Below, piece by piece: positions 9,262 through 19,172 of a stretch of 64,000 nucleotides of DNA. Within the stretch, counting starts at the first letter, position 1; each line of letters opens with the position of its first letter. The position numbers were made by a program, and so were the translations under genes. The notes beneath the pieces were generated by a model. It saw only the letters and a program-made list of their open reading frames with translations. It was not told where the DNA came from and ran no database searches. Source of the DNA: an uncultured delta proteobacterium (GTDB lineage Bacteria; Bdellovibrionota; FAC87; UBA2466). The stretch is taken from NCBI GenBank assembly GCA_963778115.1, contig CAVZSV010000004.1:2656001-2720000 (forward strand). Reading direction: 5' to 3'.

Positions 9262-9651
9262 TTATACTTCATGATGTTGGAAAACCGGCAGCTTTTGAAT
9301 TCTTGGTCCGTCGTTCCAATGGCTGCCGACTGATTTACTAAAGGTAGACGACAGAGTGAGCACTAATACGAAAATTGCTGATTCAGCGTTTGCTTCGGCC
9401 CCTTTCATCCCGAGTGGACGCAGGGTCGAAGTATGGCAAATCAAGCAATAGGGGACCGAACAATACTTGGCAATCAGGGCAGCCAACTTTTCCTTGAATA
9501 ACGCTGGCAGTGGATTCTCGACGTAAGCCGATAGCGTTTGCTGCCAGAGGTTTTCTAAGACGGAGGGAGTCTCCATTGCAGGCTCAAAAAAGGGAGGGAA
9601 AAACCCAAATCGCTGAATGATCTCATCCTTAACGGACTGAGCAGTTCGCAT
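9262..9651 (-). pseudogene. Truncated AhpD-like N-terminal domain of a sensor protein
   Basis: FGFFPPFF..LENLWQQT.SAY..NPLPALFKEKL..CSVPYCLICH, then the sequence stops looking like the family after GMKGAE. Confidence 0.55.
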
Positions 9652-9746
9652 TATCCGGCCCTTTCATAGTTTGACCTGAACCATAGTAGAATTGACGCAT
9701 TTGCTCAAGATTCACTTTCTGGGGCCGCGGCTATTTATTTTAGTTT

Positions 9747-9762
9747 TTGACCGATCGGTTAA
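9747..9762. promoter_or_regulatory. TetR operator palindrome overlapping a -35 element
   Basis: TTGACCGATCGGTTAA, 55 bp upstream of the TetR gene. Confidence 0.65.
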
Positions 9763-9817
9763 CAACGTTATAGGATCTGGCCGAACATGGTCCTATTGCG
9801 ATCCTAAGAGGAGATAG

Positions 9818-10429
9818 ATGGCAAGACCCCGCGAATTCAATCACAAGAAAGTCGTTGACCGAATCACGGAGCTTTTTTGGGAAAAAGGATTTAAGGGCAC
9901 ATCTATGGATGATCTTGTGAAGACGACCGGTCTCAACAAGGGGAGCCTCTACACTTGCTTTGGCAATAAGGAAGCGATTTTCAAACTGGCGCTAACAAAT
10001 TACGTTGGCAGTAGTTCTGAGGATCCTATTCCGAGCAATAGCCCAATAAACCGGCTTTGCCGGTTCTATGCGCTCATCATATCGGACGCCGATCTGCCCA
10101 AGAAGAAACGCCGCGGGTGTTTTGTTTTCAATAGCTGTTTGGAGTTCGGAAATCGGTCTGGCGGACTGGCACCTTTCGTGCTCTCTATCGCGAAGACCAG
10201 AGAATTTTTCTTCACTAGTCTCATTGAAGAGGCCAAGGAAAAAGGAGAAATTCCAAGAAGAATCGACGAGAAAAGAGCCGGACAACGAGCGTTTGCGACG
10301 GCTTTTGCCATTAGAGAGTTATCTAAGTTCAAACCAGAAAAAGACTTCTTATGTGATATTGGGAATACCTTTCTCGAGTCGATTGGAACGACAAAGAGGA
10401 TTAATTTGAAAGTAGGCGATGCAACATGA
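9818..10429 (+). CDS. TetR family regulator (NemR/ComR-like)
   Basis: MARPREF..FWEKGF.GTSMDDL...GLNKGSLY..FGNKE, RGCF.FNS. Confidence 0.92.
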   Translation: MARPREFNHKKVVDRITELFWEKGFKGTSMDDLVKTTGLNKGSLYTCFGNKEAIFKLALTNYVGSSSEDPIPSNSPINRLCRFYALIISDADLPKKKRRGCFVFNSCLEFGNRSGGLAPFVLSIAKTREFFFTSLIEEAKEKGEIPRRIDEKRAGQRAFATAFAIRELSKFKPEKDFLCDIGNTFLESIGTTKRINLKVGDAT

Positions 10430-10800
10430 AAATTATCTCCATAAAAGTTCATGGAATTTTGGATTATCTTACCGTTCTTATCTTTGCCGTTGCTCCCACA
10501 ATGTTTGGTTTCTCCGGCGCCCCAAGCTACTTGAGTTACGCCCTCTCAGGAATTCACTTTCTGATGAGTGCATTAACGAACTTTCCGCTTGGGGCTTGGA
10601 AAGTTATCCCAGTTTCCATTCATAAACTAGTCGAAACAATCGTAGGTCCTGTCCTAATCGTCCTTCCCTGGATATTCGGCTTTGCAAGCGATCTGCCGGC
10701 TCGTTATTTCTTTCTCGCCCTTGGCTTTGTGATTATCGCCGTTGGGCTTCTGACAAATTATATGAACTCGGAGGTCTCTGTTGAAAAAACTAGAAGGTAA
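10426..10800 (+). CDS. SPW-repeat-like small membrane protein
   Basis: HGILDY motif, four hydrophobic helices, ATGA coupling with tetR. Confidence 0.7.
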   Translation: MKIISIKVHGILDYLTVLIFAVAPTMFGFSGAPSYLSYALSGIHFLMSALTNFPLGAWKVIPVSIHKLVETIVGPVLIVLPWIFGFASDLPARYFFLALGFVIIAVGLLTNYMNSEVSVEKTRR

Positions 10801-11530
10801 GATTTCCCTCATAACGGGGGGAAATAGCGGAATTGGCCTTGCGACCGCTAAGGTTTTTGTGGACCAAGGGGCCAAAGTGATTATCGCGGGAAGAGATCAA
10901 CAAACGCTCGACCGCGCCACCAAAGAACTGGGCGGCCAAATCCTAGCCATTCGAGCGGACGTTTCAAAACCTTCTGAACTCGACCATCTCTACCAAGAGA
11001 TTCGCGCCAAGTTCGGCCGCATAGATGTTCTGTTCGCAAATGCCGGTATTGCTAAGTTCACTCCCGTTGAACAGGTGACCGAAGAGTTTTTCGATACCAC
11101 GTTTAACACGAATACCCGGGGGCTATTTTTTACGGTTCAAAAAGCAATTCCTCTCCTTAGTAAGGGCTCATCTGTGATTTTAACTAGTTCTTCAGTCGTT
11201 GGAAAAGGCATGCCTGGTGCCTCGGTTTATGCTGCTAGCAAAGCCGCTGTCCGCTCGCTGGCCAGAAGTTTTTCCGCCGAGCTTGCCGATCGTGGAGTTC
11301 GTGTGAACGTGCTAAGCCCCGGACCGGTGGAAACTCCCATCTTTGCGCGCATGGGGCTTCCCCCCGACACCATGAAAGCGATGGGAGAAACGATGCGGGC
11401 CAGAGTGCCAATGAAGCGCTTCGGCCATCCCGATGAGCAGGCAAAAGCGGCTCTATTCCTCGCTTCAGATGATTCTAGTTTTATGTTGGGATCTCAAGTG
11501 TCCGTCGATGGCGGTGTGGGACAACTTTGA
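10781..11530 (+). CDS. SDR family oxidoreductase
   Basis: TGGNSGIG, NAG, YAASK. Confidence 0.95.
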   Translation: MKKLEGKISLITGGNSGIGLATAKVFVDQGAKVIIAGRDQQTLDRATKELGGQILAIRADVSKPSELDHLYQEIRAKFGRIDVLFANAGIAKFTPVEQVTEEFFDTTFNTNTRGLFFTVQKAIPLLSKGSSVILTSSSVVGKGMPGASVYAASKAAVRSLARSFSAELADRGVRVNVLSPGPVETPIFARMGLPPDTMKAMGETMRARVPMKRFGHPDEQAKAALFLASDDSSFMLGSQVSVDGGVGQL

Positions 11531-11558
11531 CAGGTTTGACTAACTATCGAGGGAATGT

Positions 11559-11699
11559 ATGGAGCCTTCAAAAATCATCTTCACCGCGATCGTTTCTTGT
11601 CTTGGTTTCATGCCAATGGTCGGCGCCGCGGAAAAGCTTGACTCGATGAAAGGTGTCACTCTCCTTCCGGGCCCTTTTGGAACGGGTCATCCTAATTAA
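11559..11699 (+). pseudogene. Short signal-peptide ORF, probable gene remnant
   Basis: Manual translation MEPSKIIFTAIVSCLGFMPMVGAAEKLDS..., GAGGG RBS, 46 aa. Confidence 0.35.
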
Positions 11700-11891
11700 T
11701 TGAACCATGACCCGTACCTTTTGGGCCCGATGGGAGAGTGACACTTTTATTGCTAAAATAAACTTTTCAGCGGCATTCCAAGTAGTGCCGGGGATTTTTG
11801 GACTTAGCCATCCATCAAAAACTTCATCCGGAGAGGCAGGGATGGTTCGTTCAAATTTAAATTCAAGGGTCTTCTTAGGATTAGGCATCAC
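11568..11891 (-). pseudogene. Truncated SRPBCC/AHSA1 family protein
   Basis: FERTIPASPDEVFDGW N-terminus coupled to ArsR; family resemblance lost after about 46 aa. Confidence 0.6.
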
Positions 11892-12217
11892 TTTTTCTCC
11901 TTCTTCTTTTTATCGATAAAGTACTGTGCAAACTGGTCTAAGCGTTCATTCCAAAACCGTTCGTATTCATGTACCCATTCCGCTACCTGGCGAAGAGGTT
12001 CTCCTCGAAAAGAAATAAAAACTTCGCGTCCTTGTTTCTTGCGTTCAATGAGTCCCGCTCTTTCGAGAAGCTTTAGGTGTTTTGTCACTGAATTTAAAGC
12101 AGTATCGAACGGCTTTGCGATATCCAGGAATCGGGCAGGCCCATTTGATAGCTGCTGAATGATAGCCCTTCGGGTAGGGTGGGATATAGCAGTGAGAATA
12201 TCGTTTAGTTGATCCAT
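11888..12217 (-). CDS. ArsR/SmtB family regulator
   Basis: AISHPTRRAII..L, VTKHLKLLERAGLI..GRE, YERFW..RLD. Confidence 0.9.
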   Translation of the reverse strand: MDQLNDILTAISHPTRRAIIQQLSNGPARFLDIAKPFDTALNSVTKHLKLLERAGLIERKKQGREVFISFRGEPLRQVAEWVHEYERFWNERLDQFAQYFIDKKKKEKK

Positions 12218-12222
12218 TAAGG

Positions 12223-12246
12223 ATACTACACCATAAGGTGTAGTAT
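12223..12246. promoter_or_regulatory. ArsR operator palindrome
   Basis: Perfect ATACTACACC-N4-GGTGTAGTAT immediately upstream of the ArsR start. Confidence 0.7.
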
Positions 12247-12317
12247 TATGTAATTCTTTTATGGTAGCGTTTTCTCTAGGCCAGATCCGGTAGAGAACCC
12301 GCGGAAAGGTATTTCTG

Positions 12318-13680
12318 ATGTCGAGGAAGAAGATTGTCATTATCGGCGCTGGATTTTCAGGGACCCTACTTGCGGTCCAATTGGTGAATCGGGCTAGCAA
12401 TCCTCTTGAGGTGGTGATCACAGAACGTACGGGACGTTTTGGAAGAGGGGTAGCTTATGGGACCGAAGAGCCCTCTCATTTACTTAATGTTCAGGCGTTT
12501 AAGATGAGTGCTTTCCCCGAGAGGCCTAATGATTTTTTAGAGTGGTTAGGCCATAACGCGACAGAGATTGCTCCAACCGGAAAACGATTTACGCGTGAGA
12601 GTTTCGTGCCACGAACGATCTACGGACGCTATCTTGAATCGGTCCTCAATAGCGCGAAGTCGTCGCTGTCCAATGACGTGGTCTTTATCGAAAAAGCTGA
12701 CGAAGCGTCGTCCATAGAGTGTAACGACGGTGGCGCTATGGTCGGGATGAAAGGGGGGGGGATGTGTCCAAGCCGATCAGGTGGTTCTGGCACTAGGTAA
12801 CTTCCCCTCGGGACCCCAGCAATCAGGTAAAGCGATTACTACCTGGGAAATAGATCGCTTCAAACAGATTGGGGCGCGAGATCCCGTATTTATCGTCGGT
12901 TCCGGCCTTACTATGGTCGATACGGTTTTGGCCCTAAAAGAACGAAACCATTCGGGACAGATTTATGCTTTGTCCCGCCACGGTCTTATTCCTCAAACGT
13001 TCGAGGCAGCCACTCCGTATCCTACATTTCTAACGCCTCCCGCGATGAAATCAGCTTTATTTGTGCTGCGACAGATACGCAAGGAGACTGAAAAAGCGAT
13101 GGAATCAGGGAGTAGCTGGCAATCCGTGATTGCTTCTCTCCGTGCTAATACTTCAGAACTTTGGAGGGCATTTCCGGAAAAAGAGAGAAGTCGGTTTTTG
13201 AGACACCTCAAGAGTTACTGGGACACTCGTCGCCATCAAATGGCGCCGGAAGTCGCCAGAAGAATAGACCTCTGCAAGGAGGACGGAAGTCTTAAGGTTC
13301 TTGCCGGACGCGTTCTTGCTATCTCTGGCGAAGAGGGTGGCTTTCGAATCACAATACGACGCCGAGGAGACTCGGAAAATGAATCCCTCTGGGTTAAGCA
13401 CGTCGTCGATTGCACGGGGCTAGATGGAAATTTTGCAGAAATCAAGCACCCTCTGATCGAAAACCTACGAACACAAGGTCTCATAAGACCAAATATTCAC
13501 GGACTGGGGATCGATGTTACTGGTGAGGGCCGAGTCATAAACGCTAAAGGATTTCCGTCCTCGACTCTATTCGCTATCGGATCCTTAAGAAGAGGGGAAA
13601 TGTGGGAATCGGTTGCCGTACCAGAGTTGCGTGTGCAAGCGCAAGAGTTGGCGGAGTTGTTGCTGAATGACGCCAAGTGA
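12318..13680 (+). pseudogene. FAD/NAD(P)-binding protein (YdhS-like) split by a +1 frameshift in a G9 tract
   Basis: IIGAGFSG and GVAY..HLLN in ORF1; GSGLTMVD..WES.AVPELR in ORF2. Deleting one G at 12753-12761 fuses them (KGGGCVQADQVVLALGN). Confidence 0.85.
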
Positions 13681-13715
13681 GCCAACCGATGATCGCCGTT
13701 AATAGGTTTACGGTT

Positions 13716-14282
13716 TTAGAAATGCGCGCCTATATTTAGGTTGGGCTGGAGATCTCGATTGAAGACTCGAATCTCTGCCTCATCTCCGTTTTTGTCTTTG
13801 ATGGAGTGCGAGATTCCGAGGTCAAGATGAGGGGTGACAGAGGCCTGTGTGGGAACGCTGCCATCGCACCGACTCTTAATCGTTTGCTGGATGAGAGCTG
13901 AATAGGCTTTCCACTCATCGGTCTTACTTACGTTGGTTTCTGCGCCAACAAGAGGAGATTCCGTGATTTCGGCCATTCCGGGAGCCATCGAAGGCACGCA
14001 TTCCGCCCTTTCAATATCGTGGGCGGATAACTGGGAGTTGTCCAAAACGAAAAGCGAACCCAAAGACGATTCAAATCTTCGATACCTATGCCCTTCTCGG
14101 AGAAAAACTCCTCGATAACGGATCGCATCGGGTCCGGAGACTGAATAGTCTTTGGCATCTATTCGAAATAATTTCTTGGCCTCAATAGCCTTTGATTTAG
14201 GGGGTGGGAATGAATCTTCCGCCCGAAGGTCTAGCTGGAGGGAGATTAACCAAAGCGCTAATAACGACATGTTTTTTATCAT
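13716..14282 (-). CDS. Secreted hypothetical protein
   Basis: 188-aa ORF with signal-like N-terminus, ending in Phe. Confidence 0.6.
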   Translation of the reverse strand: MIKNMSLLALWLISLQLDLRAEDSFPPPKSKAIEAKKLFRIDAKDYSVSGPDAIRYRGVFLREGHRYRRFESSLGSLFVLDNSQLSAHDIERAECVPSMAPGMAEITESPLVGAETNVSKTDEWKAYSALIQQTIKSRCDGSVPTQASVTPHLDLGISHSIKDKNGDEAEIRVFNRDLQPNLNIGAHF

Positions 14283-14409
14283 CGATGAAAGTTTCGGATG
14301 GGTTAGGTTGATTTGCTATGTCCATTATAGACGGAAAGAATGTCAGATTAGTGACACAACGATAGTGCTGCATGACTGCTAGCGTTAGCGTCTTAGGCCC
14401 TGCGAAAGA

Positions 14410-14553
14410 TCAGCGAAAGAGAACGACAAGAAGAATCACTAACAAAATGAGCCCTCCGCCACTTGGATAATATCCCCATGAGCTAGCATACGGCCAAACC
14501 GGCAGCAGACCGATCACAAATAAAACAAGGAGTATAAGAAGTATGGTTCGCAT
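14410..14553 (-). CDS. DUF3309 family small membrane protein (47 aa)
   Basis: Manual translation MRTILLILLVLFVIGLLPVWPYASSWGYYPSGGGLILLVILLVVLFR; AGGAGG RBS. Confidence 0.85.
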   Translation of the reverse strand: MRTILLILLVLFVIGLLPVWPYASSWGYYPSGGGLILLVILLVVLFR

Positions 14554-14559
14554 CGTCGT

Positions 14560-14727
14560 TTACCTCCTCAATCCTCTCTTAGTACTTCTCGAGCGGATTT
14601 TTCCCGCTTGTTTCTTAGCGAGCCTTTCGCTCTTATGTAAGAGGCCTGTATTCTCCATAAGCCAAAGTTGCGCTGGAACTAAGCTAGTTAGAAAACCGAC
14701 AGTGCCGTATCGAAAGAAGGAATTCAT
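14560..14727 (-). CDS. Small basic hypothetical protein (55 aa)
   Basis: Manual translation MNSFFRYGTVGFLTSLVPAQLWLMENTG...KRGLRR; fills the gap between two small genes. Confidence 0.45.
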   Translation of the reverse strand: MNSFFRYGTVGFLTSLVPAQLWLMENTGLLHKSERLAKKQAGKIRSRSTKRGLRR

Positions 14728-14746
14728 AAAATGCCTTTCTCGAGGA

Positions 14747-14911
14747 TTAATGTCCTCGAATCAGAAAAATAATTAAAAGAACAGAAGCGGGAACTCCAAA
14801 AAGCCACGCGATGAGATATCCGATCCGCCCGGCAGTCGAACGCAGTAGTGAAGTACTCTTTGCTCGCAACATCAGGCCGCTAGTAACACCACTAGTATTT
14901 ATTTTCTTCAT
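14747..14911 (-). CDS. Small membrane protein (54 aa)
   Basis: Manual translation ending GRIGYLIAWLFGVPASVLLIIFLIRGH; GAGGAGG RBS. Confidence 0.7.
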   Translation of the reverse strand: MKKINTSGVTSGLMLRAKSTSLLRSTAGRIGYLIAWLFGVPASVLLIIFLIRGH

Positions 14912-14947
14912 AACGACCTCCTCTTTAACGTCATAACGTTAGACATT

Positions 14948-14963
14948 AGCAACTACTGTGCCG
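14948..14963 (-). promoter_or_regulatory. sigma54 -24/-12 promoter
   Basis: CGGCACAGTAGTTGCT (GG-N10-GC) 36 bp upstream of ATG 14911. Confidence 0.7.
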
Positions 14964-15066
14964 TAACTACCTAGCGTCAAATCACGCCTAAACCTAGAAA
15001 GGTAAAGGGGAGCCAAGGAGGAAATGTTGCAATTTTAATCGACGATGGAAGAGGTTGGGTATGGAG

Positions 15067-15501
15067 TTAGCTTGGGGTTAGTTTCCGCAACACTTCGGTG
15101 GAGAGGCGCTCCAGGTTTTGTTCATTGGCGGGAACCACAATGGGTTCAAGCCGACTTGCCACTTCCGCCTTCTCGAAAGCTTGCGACCAAGTGACTAGAG
15201 TGCCAGTCGTCGAAATGGCTAAGGAAATGGTTAATTGATACTTTGGCTCCGAGGCGTGTCGAACGACTACTTTCTTTGGCACTACTATTTCTGCAAATAT
15301 ATTTTCGTTGGGATAGTTGCCGCCATTCGGTCCGTGCATGACAAAAGACCAGCGGCCGCCGTTCTTAAACTCGCAAACTTGAAAGGTATTGGTAAAGCCG
15401 GTCGGCCCCCACCAACGTGCCAAACGTTCTGGGTCTTTGATTGCCGAAAAGACTTGCTCAATGGTTGCTGGAATTTCACGTGAAGTAGTGAAAGTAGTCA
15501 T
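15067..15501 (-). CDS. SRPBCC/AHSA1 family protein
   Basis: SREIPAT.EQVF...DPERLARWWGP.GF, MHGPNG.NYPN. Confidence 0.9.
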   Translation of the reverse strand: MTTFTTSREIPATIEQVFSAIKDPERLARWWGPTGFTNTFQVCEFKNGGRWSFVMHGPNGGNYPNENIFAEIVVPKKVVVRHASEPKYQLTISLAISTTGTLVTWSQAFEKAEVASRLEPIVVPANEQNLERLSTEVLRKLTPS

Positions 15502-15538
15502 CGGCTTCTCCGTTATTTTTTTTGATTATACTCTAAAT

Positions 15539-16018
15539 TTACTTCAGAGAGGATCGCCAATGCCGAACTAATCGATCGACTTGGGAACTAAATTCTTCGG
15601 GGAACGCCTGATGGAACTCTTTGGCGGACTGGGGATAGTACGGCCCCTGTTTAATTTCAAGGATGGCCGCAACGGGAGACAGGGCGAGAACCGTATGGAA
15701 TTGATTCTCCGCGACTTCAAAGCTCACAGCTCCTTGGGAAGAAAGCAAGGTTTTAGCGATAATCTTCCCGGCCGTATTGAAGGTTAAGATGCCGACCTCT
15801 CCATGCAAAAGGGTGAAAAGCTCAAATCCATCCTTGCCCTTCCTGGGCCGGTGACAGTGGGGACGGATGTAGCTATTTTCGCAAATAATATTGACGAGTT
15901 TCTGCACCGGAGCATTTGCTGGGCTTAACGCAAGCGTTTTGCGACGGCGAGGTAGGCGGCGAGCCTGTCTTGCCTCCTTTAGGATTAACGATTTGGAGAC
16001 GGCCGGACGACTGGACAT
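15539..16018 (-). CDS. WbuC family cupin-fold metalloprotein
   Basis: SYIRPHCH, E.F..L.G, FHTVLAL, LEIKQGPY. Confidence 0.85.
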   Translation of the reverse strand: MSSRPAVSKSLILKEARQARRLPRRRKTLALSPANAPVQKLVNIICENSYIRPHCHRPRKGKDGFELFTLLHGEVGILTFNTAGKIIAKTLLSSQGAVSFEVAENQFHTVLALSPVAAILEIKQGPYYPQSAKEFHQAFPEEFSSQVDRLVRHWRSSLK

Positions 16019-16178
16019 AACGACACCTCGCGGGAAGATGAGCAAGATCTGGACCAGCCTTAGACAGGCTCAGACCTACAGATGCTTAGCAAAAGGGTGA
16101 CAAAGATTGCTCTCTGGCCGAGTGCCCGCGGCGGACATTTTGTGTCGGAAAACGTCTCTTGGGGAGGTGAGCTTTCGC

Positions 16179-16817
16179 CTATTCCAAAAACTCCACCTCG
16201 CCGGTTTCGACATGATAGATCGCTCCCACCACTTTAAGCGTACCGTCTTTCACCCTAGGGGCCAAAATCGGATCCAGGTTTTTCAGAATTTCGACTTGCA
16301 GAAAAATATTCTCTTTTACGGCGTTATCCAGAATATCGCCGGGCATTTTTCGAGCGGCTTTTACCGCTGGTTTAATCGAATCCACGAGGAATTTCATATG
16401 CCCTTCCGGGATCTCTTCGCTTGCCGCTGCGGCAACTGCCCCGCATTTCGTATGGCCCAGAACTACTACCAAAGTGGCTCCCAAAATCTTAACGGCAAAT
16501 TCGATACTGCCCCAGGAAGCTTGGGTACCGACTTGGCCCGCGGTTCTCACCACGAAAAGGTCGCCTAGGCCCTGATCGAACACAATTTCATTGGCCACTC
16601 GGGAATCCGAGCACCCTACGACAACGGCAAAAGGATTTTGTCCATTGGCGACCTCCCTAATTCGTTTCAAATCTCGGTTGGGGGAGGTGGGTTTTCCTTC
16701 TACAAATCGTTTATTTCCTCGTTTTAAAGATTTAATGGCATCATGCTGGGAAGCCTGCGCCCAAGCCAGGGGGGATACGATCGATCGTCTTTCGGGGACT
16801 ATAGTAAGCAGTTCCAT
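16179..16817 (-). CDS. Beta-class carbonic anhydrase
   Basis: GN.RF, CSDSRV and GHTKCGA zinc motifs; start uncertain. Confidence 0.92.
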   Translation of the reverse strand: MELLTIVPERRSIVSPLAWAQASQHDAIKSLKRGNKRFVEGKPTSPNRDLKRIREVANGQNPFAVVVGCSDSRVANEIVFDQGLGDLFVVRTAGQVGTQASWGSIEFAVKILGATLVVVLGHTKCGAVAAAASEEIPEGHMKFLVDSIKPAVKAARKMPGDILDNAVKENIFLQVEILKNLDPILAPRVKDGTLKVVGAIYHVETGEVEFLE

Positions 16818-17003
16818 TTCGTTCCTCTTCCTCCCTCTTCCTCCCTGAACATTCCTTCTATGGTACGGAAGGGCGGGTATTATCGTAAATAACATAAATG
16901 TTACGTAGATGTTCACTTTTATAACGCGATTTTCCGCTGAACAGTTAATTGATTTCTTGGGTGACGTGGCGTGACATGTTCCCGTGGGATGCGGTTCTTC
17001 AGC

Positions 17004-18164
17004 TCAGTCCCCCAGAAAGAACTCTAGGATCTTAGGCTTCATCGCACGGGCATCACGCTTGCCTAATTCCATCAGTTTTCCTGTGTAGGCGCTATCGAAG
17101 GCGAGATAGCTCAGTAAGTCCCATCCTTTTTCCTTTGAGGCACCTAATCCGGACAGCATGAATCTTAGAAGCCTAGGGAGGTGGTCGAATTGTCCTGAAG
17201 CTAGGGCCCCCAAGTCCTCGCTGGGTCGAATCACCATAAGGGGAACTTCTCTTAACCCGTTGGGATGGTTTTGCCTTAATTCGGCGGGCATCATCTGTAT
17301 CGTTTGATTTATCCGATTCATGCGTTCCATGTCGGATTCCAGCATTTCAAAAAAAGTCCCGTTCAATACCACACCGGCTATATCAGCCATCGTGATCGAT
17401 TTCATGTTTGCTTGGGCATTTAATTCTTCTACTAGTTGGTGGTTACGGTAATAACGGATTCCAATCGCAAAAATTTTATCCGCTCCCATGTGAATGGCAG
17501 GACTCAAAGGGGAAGCCATCCGGATACTCCCATCACCGTAGTACGTGGTACCTATCTTAACAGGAGGAAAGAGGATCGGAATCGCAGCAGAGGCTAGGAC
17601 GTGTTCTAAAGCAATTTTTTCACGAACTCCTAATCGATTGCTTCGCGTCCAAGTGGGTATCGACGGATTTCCATCGAAGAATGTGATAGCAGTTCCCGTA
17701 GCATAACTGGTTGCTGACACACCAAACCCATCCAAATAGCCGGTGCGAATATTATCGTAAATTCGTTCGAAGGAGAGCTGCTCCTTTAGAAACTCTTCTA
17801 AAGGGTCAACGTTGAGTAAGTGGGTGGATTGCACGTTACCTAGCATCCCCCCAAAGCTTAGATCTCGTAGCCATCCCGAGCTCAACCGACCAATAGCGCC
17901 AACGCGGGTGTCCAAAATTCGGGAAGCTTTAAGCTGGTTCCATAGGGTGCATAGCTTTTCTACCGTGGAAGTAAATTCATGAACGCCAGAGGCGATCATA
18001 GCTCCGTTTATCGCTCCTGCCGAAAGACCAGAGATGATCTGGAAAGGGTGTTCAGCAATGGATGGGGCAGCGCTATGCAAGATCTCCGAAATCCCCTTAA
18101 GGACTCCTGCTTGGTAAGCCGCACGGGCCCCTCCCCCGGTGAGCACAAGGCCAATTTTTTTCAC
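17004..18164 (-). CDS. Patatin-like phospholipase
   Basis: GGGARAAYQAG, GLSAG nucleophile elbow, DG motif. Confidence 0.92.
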   Translation of the reverse strand: MKKIGLVLTGGGARAAYQAGVLKGISEILHSAAPSIAEHPFQIISGLSAGAINGAMIASGVHEFTSTVEKLCTLWNQLKASRILDTRVGAIGRLSSGWLRDLSFGGMLGNVQSTHLLNVDPLEEFLKEQLSFERIYDNIRTGYLDGFGVSATSYATGTAITFFDGNPSIPTWTRSNRLGVREKIALEHVLASAAIPILFPPVKIGTTYYGDGSIRMASPLSPAIHMGADKIFAIGIRYYRNHQLVEELNAQANMKSITMADIAGVVLNGTFFEMLESDMERMNRINQTIQMMPAELRQNHPNGLREVPLMVIRPSEDLGALASGQFDHLPRLLRFMLSGLGASKEKGWDLLSYLAFDSAYTGKLMELGKRDARAMKPKILEFFLGD

Positions 18165-18318
18165 AATGCCTCCTGACTTTAGTATGCCTTAGGTTGTTGC
18201 GCCGGGCGATCACATCCCTGCCTCATCGGCGAATGTAATGTTAAATTCACTTTCCTGTAATCTTGCCCTGGCAATGTAAAGATGGAAACGGTCCTACGAG
18301 TAAAGACCGGAGGTAACT

Positions 18319-18660
18319 ATGAGAACGTTGTATTTTTCCGTTTCTTTGTTGCTACTGGGAACGACGGTTTGTTCGGCATTGCCAATAGTACAAGGGAGAG
18401 TCGGCACCCAGCTAAAGGAAACCCAGGCTGCTGCATTGGTGGAACATTTAGGTCCGCCCACGAAAGTGGTGTCTCTGCCCAACGGGGATGAGCAATACAT
18501 TTATGAAAAATCATCTAAGTACTATCCCGAGTCCTACGGTGGGTACGGGGTTGATACGCTAAATCCCAAGACAAGAATTTGTCGCTCCGTATGGCGGATC
18601 GATAAGAAAGGAAACGTCTATCCTCAAGCCTATAAAGCAATCCAGTGCGAATCGGTTTAG
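18319..18660 (+). CDS. Exported hypothetical protein
   Basis: GGAGG RBS, signal peptide, LGPP..LPNG..Y.Y pattern. Confidence 0.65.
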   Translation: MRTLYFSVSLLLLGTTVCSALPIVQGRVGTQLKETQAAALVEHLGPPTKVVSLPNGDEQYIYEKSSKYYPESYGGYGVDTLNPKTRICRSVWRIDKKGNVYPQAYKAIQCESV

Positions 18661-19172
18661 GGTGTTTTTCCGTTCAATCGGAACTGCTGATTGGTAAACC
18701 CTCTGAGTAAGGGCGTCTGCATCACGATGAAATCATAGCCGGTGGCCTGATGGCATTGGTTGCATGAAACCGTCATTCCCGCGTAAGCCCTTTCATAAAG
18801 ACCGTGATCCTTCTTTTGAATAGCTTCACTCATCTTATCGATGGCGGGTTTCATTATTTTAGCATTCAGCTCTTCTAGCGGGGCTTTTACCTGCGCATAG
18901 CGAGAGCTATATCGATTCATGGTTTCGAGCGCTCCTTTGATATTATCGATTTCGTATTGAGCGAGTCTCCAGTTCTGCGCCTCCCCTGAAAACCAAAGCT
19001 TGGCGTGAAGCTGCTGAATGGTTGTCATAATAACAACCAAAGGCGGCCCTATATGAGAGACCTTCGCTTCTAGAGCCTCTAGCCGCGGCATGAGATCAGG
19101 ATTCGTCGCCTTTTCGGTGGTGCGTGTACATCCCGTAAATAACAAACCGACCAAGAACAGAAGTTTGACCAT
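18657..19172 (-). CDS. Lipoprotein, monoheme cytochrome c (four-helix type)
   Basis: Lipobox FTGC, HAKLWF.G...NW.LA.YE, C-terminal CNQCH. Confidence 0.75.
   Translation of the reverse strand: MVKLLFLVGLLFTGCTRTTEKATNPDLMPRLEALEAKVSHIGPPLVVIMTTIQQLHAKLWFSGEAQNWRLAQYEIDNIKGALETMNRYSSRYAQVKAPLEELNAKIMKPAIDKMSEAIQKKDHGLYERAYAGMTVSCNQCHQATGYDFIVMQTPLLRGFTNQQFRLNGKTP

Noticed and set aside
14543..14776. 77-aa plus-strand ORF
   Set aside because: Antisense to better-supported minus-strand microproteins that have RBSs and a promoter.
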